Shown here: in pieces, positions 9,436-18,706 of the stretch | Numbering within the stretch: position 1 is the stretch's first letter | Layout: every line of letters starts with the position of its first letter | Assembly (NCBI GenBank): GCA_036336835.1 | Contig: JAYZFK010000099.1 | Location: 1 to 48,811, forward strand | Length of the DNA: 48,811 nucleotides | Source: Myxococcota bacterium | GTDB taxonomy: Bacteria > Myxococcota_A > UBA9160 > UBA4427 | Reading direction: 5' to 3' | The notes under the pieces: generated by a model | Seen by the model: only the letters and a program-made list of their open reading frames with translations | The model's database searches: none | Told to the model about the DNA's origin: nothing | Position numbers and translations under genes: made by a program

Positions 9436-9473
9436 GCCCACTTGCCCGCTCGCCCACTTGCCCGCTCGCCCAC
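9436..9473 (+). repeat. Intergenic tandem repeat, GCCCACTTGCCCGCTC x2 plus a partial copy
   Basis: Two exact 16-mers at 9436-9451 and 9452-9467, then GCCCAC. There is an 8-bp sub-period. Confidence 0.85.
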
Positions 9474-9499
9474 CGCCACGCTGGCATGAGAGACGCCCG

Positions 9500-10774
9500 T
9501 TGACCGTGCTTCGACTCCTGCGCGCCGCTGCTCCGGGCCTGGTCCTCCTGTGCTGTGCCTCGTGTAGCGAGCCCGGGCGCTCCCCCGAGCGGATCGTGCT
9601 GATCGTCGTCGACACGCTGCGCCGCGATCACGTCTCCGCCTACGGCGGCACGCCGCTGACGCCGCGGATCGACGCCCTGGCGGCACGCGGCCAGACCTTC
9701 CGCAACGTGCGCGCGGCCTTCCACCAGACCACGATGTCGATGGGCTCGCTGTTCACCGGCCGCACTCCCAGCCTGGAGACACAAGACCCGGCCCGCACGC
9801 TGAGCTGGAACGGCGAAACGTGGTGTGGCATGGCGCGCTTCGCGGCCGTCGGCTCGGAGGGCGTCTGTCTGCCGGACACGCTGCCCACGCTGGGCGACCG
9901 GATGCGACAGGCCGGCTACTGGACGATCGGCATCGCCTCCAATCAGTTCATGTTCGGCGGAGCGGGTTTCTCCCGCGGCTTCGACGACTGGGTCGAGGTG
10001 GGCTCGCAGGACAGTCCGATCAGTCAGCCTCGCCAGAAGAGACGCTGGCTGAGCGAGCAGCGCTCCTGGACTCCCGTGACGAAGGCCGCGATCGCAGCGC
10101 TCGCGCGACGCCCACGCGACCGCTTCTTCCTGTTCGTCCACTTCATGGACGTGCACGACTATCACTACCTGGGGATCGACTATCGCGAGGCGGTCGGCGT
10201 GCTCGATGCCGCGGTGGGCACGCTGCTCGATGGGCTGGAGGCCGAGGACCTGCTCGAGGGAGCAACGGTCGTTCTCACCTCGGACCACGGCGAGCGGCTC
10301 GCAGAGACCCACCAGCCGCGCGGGCGGCCGAGCCACTACGGAAACCCGTCCTTCGAGGAGGTGCTCGAGATTCCCCTGATCGTGGCACCAGCGACCGACG
10401 CCGATCCCGCCGCGCCGCTGCGCACCCCCGAGCTACACCACCTGCTCGAAGGCATCGCCGGCCTGCGACCAGAGCGCGAGGACGTGCTCGAATCCGGCGA
10501 GCACTACATCAGTGAACGCTTCTTCCGGACATACATCAGTGGAAACTGGAAGAGCGCCCTCCGCCGCCGCGACGACAAATTGTTCCTCTTCGATCTCGCG
10601 GCCGATCCGGCCGAGCAGCGGGACGTCGCGGCCGACCGTCCCGAGATCGCCGAGGCCCACCGCAGTCGGATCGACCAGCTCACGCGCAACCTCGCCATTC
10701 GAACGCGGCGCGGCGATCGCGAACTCTCCGAAGCCGAGCGTCGAACGCTCGAAGCCCTGGGCTACGTGGAGTGA
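9500..10774 (+). CDS. Sulfatase-like hydrolase/transferase (alkaline phosphatase superfamily), probable lipoprotein
   Basis: VLIVVDTLRRDH, SLFTG, HFMDVH, TSDHGE and the C-terminal LEALGYVE. No CxPxR motif. N-terminal LVLLCCASC. Start is TTG 9500 or GTG 9506. Confidence 0.85.
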   Translation: MTVLRLLRAAAPGLVLLCCASCSEPGRSPERIVLIVVDTLRRDHVSAYGGTPLTPRIDALAARGQTFRNVRAAFHQTTMSMGSLFTGRTPSLETQDPARTLSWNGETWCGMARFAAVGSEGVCLPDTLPTLGDRMRQAGYWTIGIASNQFMFGGAGFSRGFDDWVEVGSQDSPISQPRQKRRWLSEQRSWTPVTKAAIAALARRPRDRFFLFVHFMDVHDYHYLGIDYREAVGVLDAAVGTLLDGLEAEDLLEGATVVLTSDHGERLAETHQPRGRPSHYGNPSFEEVLEIPLIVAPATDADPAAPLRTPELHHLLEGIAGLRPEREDVLESGEHYISERFFRTYISGNWKSALRRRDDKLFLFDLAADPAEQRDVAADRPEIAEAHRSRIDQLTRNLAIRTRRGDRELSEAERRTLEALGYVE

Positions 10775-11994
10775 GCGGCGGCCAGCGGCCTCGAGTAGAG
10801 ACCGATGATGCCTCCCGTAGAGATCTCCGCGATCTGTCGCGCTTCATGCTCGGCGTCGGAAGCTGGTTCGGTTGCTTTGGCCTGCACGGCGTTCTGTTCT
10901 CCACCTTGCTGGTCGTCGAGCTCCAAGAGAGCGCGCTCCGCGTCGGGGCCGCGCAGAGTGCGATCTTGGTTCCGGCAGTCGCGTTGATGTTGCTGGGCGG
11001 TACCGTCGCCGACCGCACCGACCGCAGGAGCCTGTTGGTCCGCCTCCACATCGCGGCCAGCGTGCTCGCAACGTTGCTGGGCGCAGCGCTGCTGGCCGGT
11101 TGGCTCTCCTATCCCCTGCTGCTCGCCTACGCCATCGGCATGGGCGTGCTGCAGGCCTTCGTGAACCCGACGCGCGACGCGCTGCTGTCCGAGGTCGCCG
11201 GACCGGATCTCGCAAAGCCGGTCGCGCAGATGACCCTCACCCAGTGGAGTAGCCAGGCCACTGGCGCCCTGACTGCGAGCGCCGCCCGCTGGCTGAGCGC
11301 CGGACCCTTCTTCTTCTTGCAGGCCGCCGTGCTCGCTGCGGGCGCCATCAGCTACCAGGGAATGACGAGGCCCGCGGCGCCACCGCGACCTTCCCGGCCG
11401 CCGGGTCAGCTCACCGACGGACTCCGAGAGGTCCTGCGAACGCCCGAACTGCTGGCGACCTGGATCCTCGTCTGCGGCGTGGGCGTCCTGTTCATCGGCC
11501 CCTTCATGGTGGTCTTCCCGCTGATGGTCCGCGACGTGTACCTGCGCGGCGCCGCCGAGATCGCCTTCGTCAGCGCCGCGTTCCCGATCGGCACGATCAG
11601 CGGCTCGCTGGTGGTGATGCGCCGCGGCGGCCTCACCGATCTGATGACGGGCCAGCGGCGCGCGCTCTGCGCCGCTGCGCTGACGCTGATCGCAACCTCA
11701 CTCGACCTGCCCTTCTGGGGGGTGCTCGTCGGCGTCTACCTCTGGGGGCTCTGCGGCTCGGTTTTCATGATTGCTGGCCGCACCCTGTTCCAGCTGCGCG
11801 CCTCGGCCGCCAACCGCGGTCGCGTCCTGGCGACCTACACGATGGGATTGATGGGCGCGGCGGGCCTGCTCGGCGCACCACTTTCCGCGGTACTCGCAAG
11901 CGAGTTCGGGCCCCAGGGTGCGCTGGTCGCACTGGGCTCGACGATGCTCGTGCTCGTCGGGGCCGTAACCCGCTACTCGCGCACACAATCCTGA
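10771..11994 (+). CDS. MFS transporter
   Basis: About 12 hydrophobic segments, with GGTVADRTDRR motif A and a RGRV motif. GTGA overlap with the upstream gene. Confidence 0.9.
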   Translation: MSGGQRPRVETDDASRRDLRDLSRFMLGVGSWFGCFGLHGVLFSTLLVVELQESALRVGAAQSAILVPAVALMLLGGTVADRTDRRSLLVRLHIAASVLATLLGAALLAGWLSYPLLLAYAIGMGVLQAFVNPTRDALLSEVAGPDLAKPVAQMTLTQWSSQATGALTASAARWLSAGPFFFLQAAVLAAGAISYQGMTRPAAPPRPSRPPGQLTDGLREVLRTPELLATWILVCGVGVLFIGPFMVVFPLMVRDVYLRGAAEIAFVSAAFPIGTISGSLVVMRRGGLTDLMTGQRRALCAAALTLIATSLDLPFWGVLVGVYLWGLCGSVFMIAGRTLFQLRASAANRGRVLATYTMGLMGAAGLLGAPLSAVLASEFGPQGALVALGSTMLVLVGAVTRYSRTQS

Positions 11995-12018
11995 CAGGGC
12001 CCGCCCAACGGTGCTCGA

Positions 12019-13221
12019 TCAGCTCGCGACGATCGCACCCTGCTGCAGGAGCGCGTCGATCTCGGCGTCGCTGAAATCCGCGGCGAGCAGGATCTCGCGC
12101 GTGTGCTCCCCCTTGCGAGGCGCGGTGCGGCGAAGCGTCGCAGGCGTGTGCTCGAAGCGCGCCGGAGACCGCAGGTGACGCATTCGACCGAGCGCGGGAT
12201 CGCGATCGACCTCGAAGACCGTCCGGTTGTGCTCGACCTGCGGATCGGCCAGGAACGCGTCCACGTCGTTCACCGGAGCGATCGGTACACCGAACTCGTG
12301 GGCGCGCTTCAGGATCTCGTCGGTCGGCCACTTGACGAGCTCCTCGTCCAGTATCGCGAACAGCTCTCGCGCGTGGACGATTCGCTCCTTCAGGCTGGCA
12401 CAGCGAGGATCGTCGATCAGCCCCTCGTACTCGAGCGCGCGACACAGGCCGAAGAACTGCCGATCCTCGACGAGCATCATCACGACGTACCCGTCTGCGG
12501 TCGCCCAGGTGCGGTGGATGTCCAGCGGCGGGATCGCCGGCCCGTCGGGACAGGTCTTGCCCGCCATGATATCCGGCATCAGGAACGCAGCGAAGGCGTC
12601 GAGCATCGGCACGTCGACCCGCTGACCCGCACTGCCGCGCTCGCGCGCGAACAGCGCTGCGATCGTGGCATAGGCCGCCGTGAGCGCGGTGACCTTGTCG
12701 GCGGCAATGCTCTGGATCAGACGCGGAGTACCGTCACCGCCCTGCATCGGCATGAAGCCGGTGAGCCCCTGGATCACCGTATCGTACGCGGGCTCGTCAC
12801 GGCGGGGTCCGTCGGGACCAAAGCCGTTGATCGCCACGTACACCAGAGCCGGATTGTCGGCGACGAGGCTCTCGTAACCGAGACCGAGTCGCTCGGCAAC
12901 GCCGGGCCGGAAGTTCTCGATCATCACGTCGGACGCCACCGCCAGGCGACGCGCAACCACCCGGCCCGACTCACTCTTGAGATCGATGCCGATGCTGCGC
13001 TTGTTGCGATTGCAGTGGTGGAACAGCGGACTGATGCCCTCCCTGATCGGCAGCCCCATCACGCGTGCGCTGTCGCCGCCGGGCGCCTCGAGCTTGACGA
13101 CGTCCGCGCCGAGATCCCCGAGGATCTGTCCGCACAACGGCCCGGAAACCACGGTCGACAGGTCCAGTACGCGGATGTCCGTGAGTGGCCCGCGTGCTTT
13201 CCCGCCGAGATCGGTGTCCAT
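12019..13221 (-). CDS. Family III CoA-transferase (CaiB/BaiF)
   Basis: IRVLDLS, LGDLGADVVKLE, NRNKRS, ENFRPG and GFGPDGP motifs, with the catalytic-position Asp in IAADKV. Confidence 0.93.
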   Translation of the reverse strand: MDTDLGGKARGPLTDIRVLDLSTVVSGPLCGQILGDLGADVVKLEAPGGDSARVMGLPIREGISPLFHHCNRNKRSIGIDLKSESGRVVARRLAVASDVMIENFRPGVAERLGLGYESLVADNPALVYVAINGFGPDGPRRDEPAYDTVIQGLTGFMPMQGGDGTPRLIQSIAADKVTALTAAYATIAALFARERGSAGQRVDVPMLDAFAAFLMPDIMAGKTCPDGPAIPPLDIHRTWATADGYVVMMLVEDRQFFGLCRALEYEGLIDDPRCASLKERIVHARELFAILDEELVKWPTDEILKRAHEFGVPIAPVNDVDAFLADPQVEHNRTVFEVDRDPALGRMRHLRSPARFEHTPATLRRTAPRKGEHTREILLAADFSDAEIDALLQQGAIVAS

Positions 13222-13343
13222 CGCAGAAGCTCCTCGCCCCGCAGGACCGGGGCAGCCCTCCAACGACCCGATCCTGAACAGATCCTCCCCGAGAAGCAAC
13301 CTCCACCGGATAGACTCCAGGGCATGCACCGGGTGTACACGAC

Positions 13344-14612
13344 ATGACGCGAGCGCCGACCGACCGCCGCGAGACCTGGCAACCGCGACCGCGGCCCGAG
13401 TGGCTGCGCCGGGTGAACGAAGAGGGCCGCGTGCTCGATGCGCGCGGTGTCGTCCCGCTCGACGAGCGCTCGCTGATCCAGACGGCGATCGACAATACGG
13501 GGCTCGACGATTTCGGGGACGAGCAGTGGCGCGAGCCGTTCCGAATCCTGCTCCGCTCACTGGAAGAGGAGGCCGACCTCAACTTCTGGGGCCGCGTCTA
13601 CACGCGCTCGGACCTGCTGCTCCACCTGGAGTGCCGACTCCGGATCACCGACTGGTACGAGCGCCATCCCGAGATCGAGGACGAGGTGATCCGCGAGCCG
13701 GTGTTCGTGACCGGCCTGCCGCGCTCGGGCACGACGATCATGCAGGAGATCCTCGGCGCCGACCCCAGCTCGCGCGTGGTCGAGATGTGGGAGGCCAGGT
13801 TCCCCTGCCCTCCTCCGGCCCCCAGCGACCCGACGCCCGATCCGCGTATCGCGCGAGCCGACGCCCTGGTAACGATGCAGGATCGCATCACGCCGGAGTG
13901 GGCTTCGATGCACAAGGTGGGCGGCGACCTCCCGGTCGAGTGCATCGAATTCACCTACGCGTCCTTCGTATCCGATGCCTTCTCGGCTTCGTTCCAGGTG
14001 CCCTCGTACTCGGAGTACGTCGCGAAGACGGGCCAGAGCTACGCCTTCTGGTGGCACCGACGCGTGCTGAAGCTCCTGCAATCGACGGGGAGACCCGGTC
14101 GCTGGCTGCTCAAGGGTCCCACGCACCTGCCCGTTCTGCCGACGCTGTTCGAGACCTATCCGGACGCGAAAATCGTGCTCATGCTGCGCGATCCGGTGAA
14201 GGCGCTCGCCTCGGTGGTCGACGTATGCGGCACGTTGTTCTGGATGCGCAGCGACGATCCGTTCTCGGGCGACTCCTACGGGCACTTCCTCAGCGTCGAG
14301 CCCGTCGTGAAGAACCTGGAGCGGCTGATCGGCTGGCTCGAGGACGGAACGCTCCCCCGCGAGCGCATTCAGCCGGTGCGCTATGTCGAGTTCTTCGAGG
14401 ACCCGGCTAGACAGCTCGAGACGCTGTACGCGGGCCTCGAGATCCCGCTCACTTCCGAGGGCCACCGCGCAATGCAGGCCTATCTCGCGCAGAAACCCAA
14501 GGGCAAGTTCGGCGAGCACGACTACGACACTGGCGGTGAAGCGCTGATCGCCGGCGAACGCGAGCGCTTTCGGCACATCCAGGATCACTTCGGAATTCCG
14601 GACGAGCTGTAA
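13344..14612 (+). CDS. Sulfotransferase family protein
   Basis: PVFVTGLPRSGTT (5'-PSB loop), WLLKGPTH and MLRDP..LAS (3'-PB) motifs. Confidence 0.92.
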   Translation: MTRAPTDRRETWQPRPRPEWLRRVNEEGRVLDARGVVPLDERSLIQTAIDNTGLDDFGDEQWREPFRILLRSLEEEADLNFWGRVYTRSDLLLHLECRLRITDWYERHPEIEDEVIREPVFVTGLPRSGTTIMQEILGADPSSRVVEMWEARFPCPPPAPSDPTPDPRIARADALVTMQDRITPEWASMHKVGGDLPVECIEFTYASFVSDAFSASFQVPSYSEYVAKTGQSYAFWWHRRVLKLLQSTGRPGRWLLKGPTHLPVLPTLFETYPDAKIVLMLRDPVKALASVVDVCGTLFWMRSDDPFSGDSYGHFLSVEPVVKNLERLIGWLEDGTLPRERIQPVRYVEFFEDPARQLETLYAGLEIPLTSEGHRAMQAYLAQKPKGKFGEHDYDTGGEALIAGERERFRHIQDHFGIPDEL

Positions 14613-14717
14613 ACGACGACGGCGGCTCCGCCCCGGGTGGACCGCCACGGGACGGCGGGCAAGCCAGTGCGTAGAATGCGCACGGACCGCCCAACCCCTT
14701 GCCGGAGACCCCCCCAC

Positions 14718-16634
14718 ATGTCTCGATCCCTCTGCCTGGCGATTGCCCTCTCGCTCCTCGCCGCGCATTCGACGGCCTCCGAGTCCGTCTCCGGCTCCAG
14801 GCCCTATTCGCCGTATGCCGGCGTCGACTACCCGCTGAACGTCTACTGGGGTGATACGCACGTGCACTCGAGCTGGTCACCCGACGCCGGCGGCTCGGGC
14901 AACGAGCGCCTGACACCGGACGATGCGTTCCGCTTCGCGCGGGGAGAGACGATCACGGCGCACAACGGACAGCGCATCCGTCTGCGGCGCCCGCTCGACT
15001 TCCTGCTGGTCTCCGATCACAGCGAGTACCTGGGCCTGTTTCCGATGCTCGAAGAGGGCTACCCGGCGCTGCTGGCGACCGAGACGGGCGCTCGCTGGGA
15101 ACGGATGCTGGCTGCGGGCGAGCGCTCGAAGATCGGCGGTGAGTTCGCGGCGTCGCTCAGCGTCAACGCGAACGTCGTCGGCGATCGTTCCTTCGTCAGG
15201 TCGATGTGGCAGCGCGTGATCGCGAGCGCCGAGCGCGCCAACCAGCCGGGGCGCTTCACCGCGTTCATCGGCTACGAGTGGACCTCGATGCCGGCCGGCG
15301 CAAACCTCCACCGCAACGTGCTGTTCCGCGACGGGGCCGACCGCACCAGCCAGGTTGCGCCGTTCAGCTCGATCGAGAGCGCCGACCCGGAAGCGCTGTG
15401 GGCCTATCTCGCCGACTACGAGCGGAAGACCGGCGGCGGAGCCCTCGCCATCCCTCACAACAGCAACCTGAGCGCCGGTCGCATGTTCGAGCAAGCCACT
15501 TTCGAAGGCAAGCAGCTCACCCGTGCATATGTCGAGGCGCGTCGACGCTGGGAACCGCTGGTCGAGGCGACGCAGATCAAGGGGGACAGCGAGGCGGCCC
15601 CCTTCCTGTCGCCCGACGACGAGTTCGCCGACTTCGGCACCTGGGACGCCATGGGCGGCATGGGCGCCGGACCGCACAAAGACTGGATGTATGCAAACGA
15701 GTACATCCGGCCCGCTCTGGGCAACGGTCTCGCTCTCGGTCAGCAGCTCGGAGCCAACCCGTTCGAGTTCGGACTGATCGGGAGCACCGACGCGCACACG
15801 AGCCTCGCCACCGCGGACGACGACGATTTCTGGGGCAAGTTCTCGCGCAACGAGCCGTATGCGGGCCGAGCGGAGGACCTGTGGGCCGCGCTCGAGCTTC
15901 CCGAGGGTGTCGGGGCGACCGAGCGGCTGCTCGCGGCCCAGCTGCCGGTTGACATGCACACCTGGTCGCTCGTGGCTTCGGGCTATGCGGCCGTGTGGGC
16001 CCACGAGAACACGCGCGCGTCGCTGTTCGATGCGATGCGCCGCCGGGAGACCTACGGCACCACCGGACCGCGCATGACCGTGCGCTTCTTCGGCGGCTGG
16101 AGCTTCGGAGCCAGCGACGACGACGCCCCCAACCTGCCCGCCGTCGGCTACGCGAAGGGCGTGCCGATGGGGAGCACTCTCCCGGCGGCGGCGGGTAGCG
16201 CTCCCAGCTTCCTGGTGTCGGTGCTGCGCGATCCCGACGGAGCGAACCTCGATCGCATCCAGATCGTGAAGCTCTGGCTCGGCGGCGAGGACGGGAGCGA
16301 GGTGCGCGAGCGGATCTACGACATTGCGGTCTCGGGCGCGCGCGCGATCGATGAGGCGGGCCGCTGTCGCCAGCCAGTCGGGAGCACGGTGGACGTCGAA
16401 GCCGCGACGTACACGAACGCGATCGGCGCGGGCGCGCTCACGACGGTCTGGCGAGATCCTGACTTCGACGCCGACCGGCCCGCGCTCTACTACGTGCGCG
16501 CGCTAGAGATTCCCACCCCGCGCTGGACGACCTACGACGCGGCGCACTTTGGCACGCCACGACCCGAGCAGGCACCCGCCACCGTGCAGCAGCGCGCCTA
16601 CACCTCACCGATCTGGTACACGCCGCCGCTGTGA
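14718..16634 (+). CDS. DUF3604 family secreted PHP-like metalloprotein
   Basis: Signal peptide, then YWGDTHVHS, SDHSE, GYEWTS, NLHRNV, IPHNSN, GSTDAH and RAYTSPIWY. TAGAAT upstream at 14672-14677. Confidence 0.9.
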   Translation: MSRSLCLAIALSLLAAHSTASESVSGSRPYSPYAGVDYPLNVYWGDTHVHSSWSPDAGGSGNERLTPDDAFRFARGETITAHNGQRIRLRRPLDFLLVSDHSEYLGLFPMLEEGYPALLATETGARWERMLAAGERSKIGGEFAASLSVNANVVGDRSFVRSMWQRVIASAERANQPGRFTAFIGYEWTSMPAGANLHRNVLFRDGADRTSQVAPFSSIESADPEALWAYLADYERKTGGGALAIPHNSNLSAGRMFEQATFEGKQLTRAYVEARRRWEPLVEATQIKGDSEAAPFLSPDDEFADFGTWDAMGGMGAGPHKDWMYANEYIRPALGNGLALGQQLGANPFEFGLIGSTDAHTSLATADDDDFWGKFSRNEPYAGRAEDLWAALELPEGVGATERLLAAQLPVDMHTWSLVASGYAAVWAHENTRASLFDAMRRRETYGTTGPRMTVRFFGGWSFGASDDDAPNLPAVGYAKGVPMGSTLPAAAGSAPSFLVSVLRDPDGANLDRIQIVKLWLGGEDGSEVRERIYDIAVSGARAIDEAGRCRQPVGSTVDVEAATYTNAIGAGALTTVWRDPDFDADRPALYYVRALEIPTPRWTTYDAAHFGTPRPEQAPATVQQRAYTSPIWYTPPL

Positions 16635-16653
16635 AGCGTCGCTCGGGACGCGA

Positions 16654-17661
16654 CTACTCGAGCCGATAGACCCGCGAAGCCGTGCCGCGGAACAGGCTGT
16701 CCTTCTCGTCCTCGGAGTAGCTGGCCGCCAGCTTCTTGAAGCCGTTCCACAACACCGCGTACGAGATCGACAGCTTGTCGACTGGGAAGTTGCTCTCGAA
16801 CATGCAGCGATCCGGGCCGAAGCACTCGATCGCGTGGTGGTAGTAGCGCGCCTGGAGCGCGACCAGATCGTCCGAACTCGGTGGCCGCTCGGCGCTCTCG
16901 AAGCCAAAGCCGTTCCACGGCATCAGCATGCCGCCGAGCTTGACGTTGACGTTGGGACAGGTGGCAAGCTCAGCCAGATCCTTTGCCCAGAGCGAGAAGA
17001 TCTCGTCGCGCTTGCCAGCGTAGGGGCCCACTCCGAGTGGCGTTCCGAGGTGATCCAGCACGATCACCACATCCGGGAAGGCGCGCGCGAGGTCGGTCAG
17101 GTGCTTGTTCTGCGTGTGATAGTGGTAGGCATCGAAGCTCAAGCCGAGCTCTCCGAGCTCGGAGAAGCCATCGCGAAACGACGCGTCCGCATACATCTCG
17201 GCGTTGCCGGTGTACGCGGCCTGATGGATCCCCTCATAATCGTCCCAGGCCGCAGAGTCACGAATTCCGCGGAACAGCTCGCTCGCCTCGCAGTGCGCCT
17301 CGAGCACCCCCCGAACCTTCGAGCCAAGACAAACCGTTGCGGTGCCGACGATCGCACCCACCCGCGCGGCATCAGCCGGCCCCCGCGCGGCCTCGGCCGC
17401 GATCGACTGGACCCACACCGTCTCACCGACGGGTCGGAGCTCCTCGGGGCCGTGCTGGTAGTGGTGCTCTCCACACTGCGCGAAGACCGTCTGCTCGACG
17501 TTGTGCGTGCCCGTGTCCGCCCACAGATCCTCGAGCCGGTAGTGCGGAAACGCCTCCGTCTCGGTGAAGAAGTGGTGGTGCGGATCGACGATCCGCCGCT
17601 CGGGCTCGAGGATCTCCTCCTGCACCAGTCCCAGCCATTCCGGACGAAGCTCGAACGCCAT
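16654..17661 (-). CDS. Amidohydrolase family protein (amidohydro_2)
   Basis: IVDPHHHF, VLDHLG and FGPDRCMFESNFPVD motifs. GGGAGG RBS. Confidence 0.92.
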   Translation of the reverse strand: MAFELRPEWLGLVQEEILEPERRIVDPHHHFFTETEAFPHYRLEDLWADTGTHNVEQTVFAQCGEHHYQHGPEELRPVGETVWVQSIAAEAARGPADAARVGAIVGTATVCLGSKVRGVLEAHCEASELFRGIRDSAAWDDYEGIHQAAYTGNAEMYADASFRDGFSELGELGLSFDAYHYHTQNKHLTDLARAFPDVVIVLDHLGTPLGVGPYAGKRDEIFSLWAKDLAELATCPNVNVKLGGMLMPWNGFGFESAERPPSSDDLVALQARYYHHAIECFGPDRCMFESNFPVDKLSISYAVLWNGFKKLAASYSEDEKDSLFRGTASRVYRLE

Positions 17662-17689
17662 CGCATTCCCTCCCTAGCGGCTCATCCTA

Positions 17690-18472
17690 TCATCGCTCGT
17701 CGGAGTCCCGGCCCTGATCGGCGCGACCGGCGGTCGCACCGCCGTCCACCAGGTACTCGCCACCCGTGCAGTAGGCACTCTCGTCCGAGGCCAGGAAGAG
17801 CACCAGGTTGGCCACGTCCTCGGGCTGGCCGATCCGCGGAATCGGGTTCGCCCCATAGACGGCGTCGCGTTGGGCTGGATCGATCGTCACGTCGCCGGCC
17901 AGCATCGGGGTATCCACACCACCGGGGTGGACCGAGTTGACGCGGATGCCGTCGTGACCGAGCTCGAGAGCCGCCACCTTGCTGAGCCCACGGACCGCGT
18001 GCTTCGACGCGACGTAGCCCGGGAGTCGGGCGACGCCCATCAACCCTGCCACCGAGGAGATGTTGACGATCGAGCCGCCCCCGCTGGCTCGCATCGCGCG
18101 GATCACGCTCTTGATGCCGAGGAAGGTCCCGATCTGATTGACGCGGATGATCGCCTCGAAGTCCTCGAGTGTCGTGTGCTCGATCGCGCCGGTGCGAATG
18201 ATCCCGGCGTTGTTGATCAGGATGTCGAGCCGGCCAAAGGCCTGCGTGGTGTGCTCGACCGCGGTCTGCCAGTCTTGCTCACTGGTGACGTCGAGGTGCA
18301 GGTAGCGCGCCGCGTCGCCCAGCTCTTCGGCGAGCGCCTTGCCTTCGGCGTCGCGCACGTCTCCAATGGCGACGCGCGCGCCCTCGGCGACGAAACGCTG
18401 CGCCTCGCAAGCGCCCATCCCGCGCGCGCCACCGCTGATCAGGGCCACCTTTCCCTCGAGCCTGCCCGACAT
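17690..18472 (-). CDS. SDR oxidoreductase, 3α,20β-hydroxysteroid dehydrogenase-like
   Basis: SGGARGMG, NNAG, YVASK and IRVNSVHPG motifs. Start at ATG 18472 after GAGAGG. Confidence 0.9.
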   Translation of the reverse strand: MSGRLEGKVALISGGARGMGACEAQRFVAEGARVAIGDVRDAEGKALAEELGDAARYLHLDVTSEQDWQTAVEHTTQAFGRLDILINNAGIIRTGAIEHTTLEDFEAIIRVNQIGTFLGIKSVIRAMRASGGGSIVNISSVAGLMGVARLPGYVASKHAVRGLSKVAALELGHDGIRVNSVHPGGVDTPMLAGDVTIDPAQRDAVYGANPIPRIGQPEDVANLVLFLASDESAYCTGGEYLVDGGATAGRADQGRDSDER

Positions 18473-18706
18473 CTGCCACCTCTCTTGGTCAATGAATCCG
18501 CAGCGCGAGTCCGACGAGCAGCTCGTTCGATTCGCCCGCTCGGCAGTCATCGTCTGCCTTGCTCTGGCGCGACAATGAATTGGAGACGGCCAAATTGCAA
18601 CCGGCATCCGAGCTCACCGGGCAGTGCTCGAGTGCTGGACGAGACTCATGCCCTGCGCTTCTCGCGCGAGCTCGAAAGATCGGATGCATGGGAGACCGAG
18701 CCGCAG

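Noticed and set aside
5545..9473. Short tandem repeats (5545-5650, ~6046-6076, 9436-9473) considered as a CRISPR array
   Set aside because: They have no unique spacers, the units are too short, and there are no cas genes.
7898..9499. N-terminal extension of the 958-aa ORF, suggesting a giant sulfatase fusion
   Set aside because: It is antisense to the AKR gene. Sulfatase-like sequence begins only near 9500.
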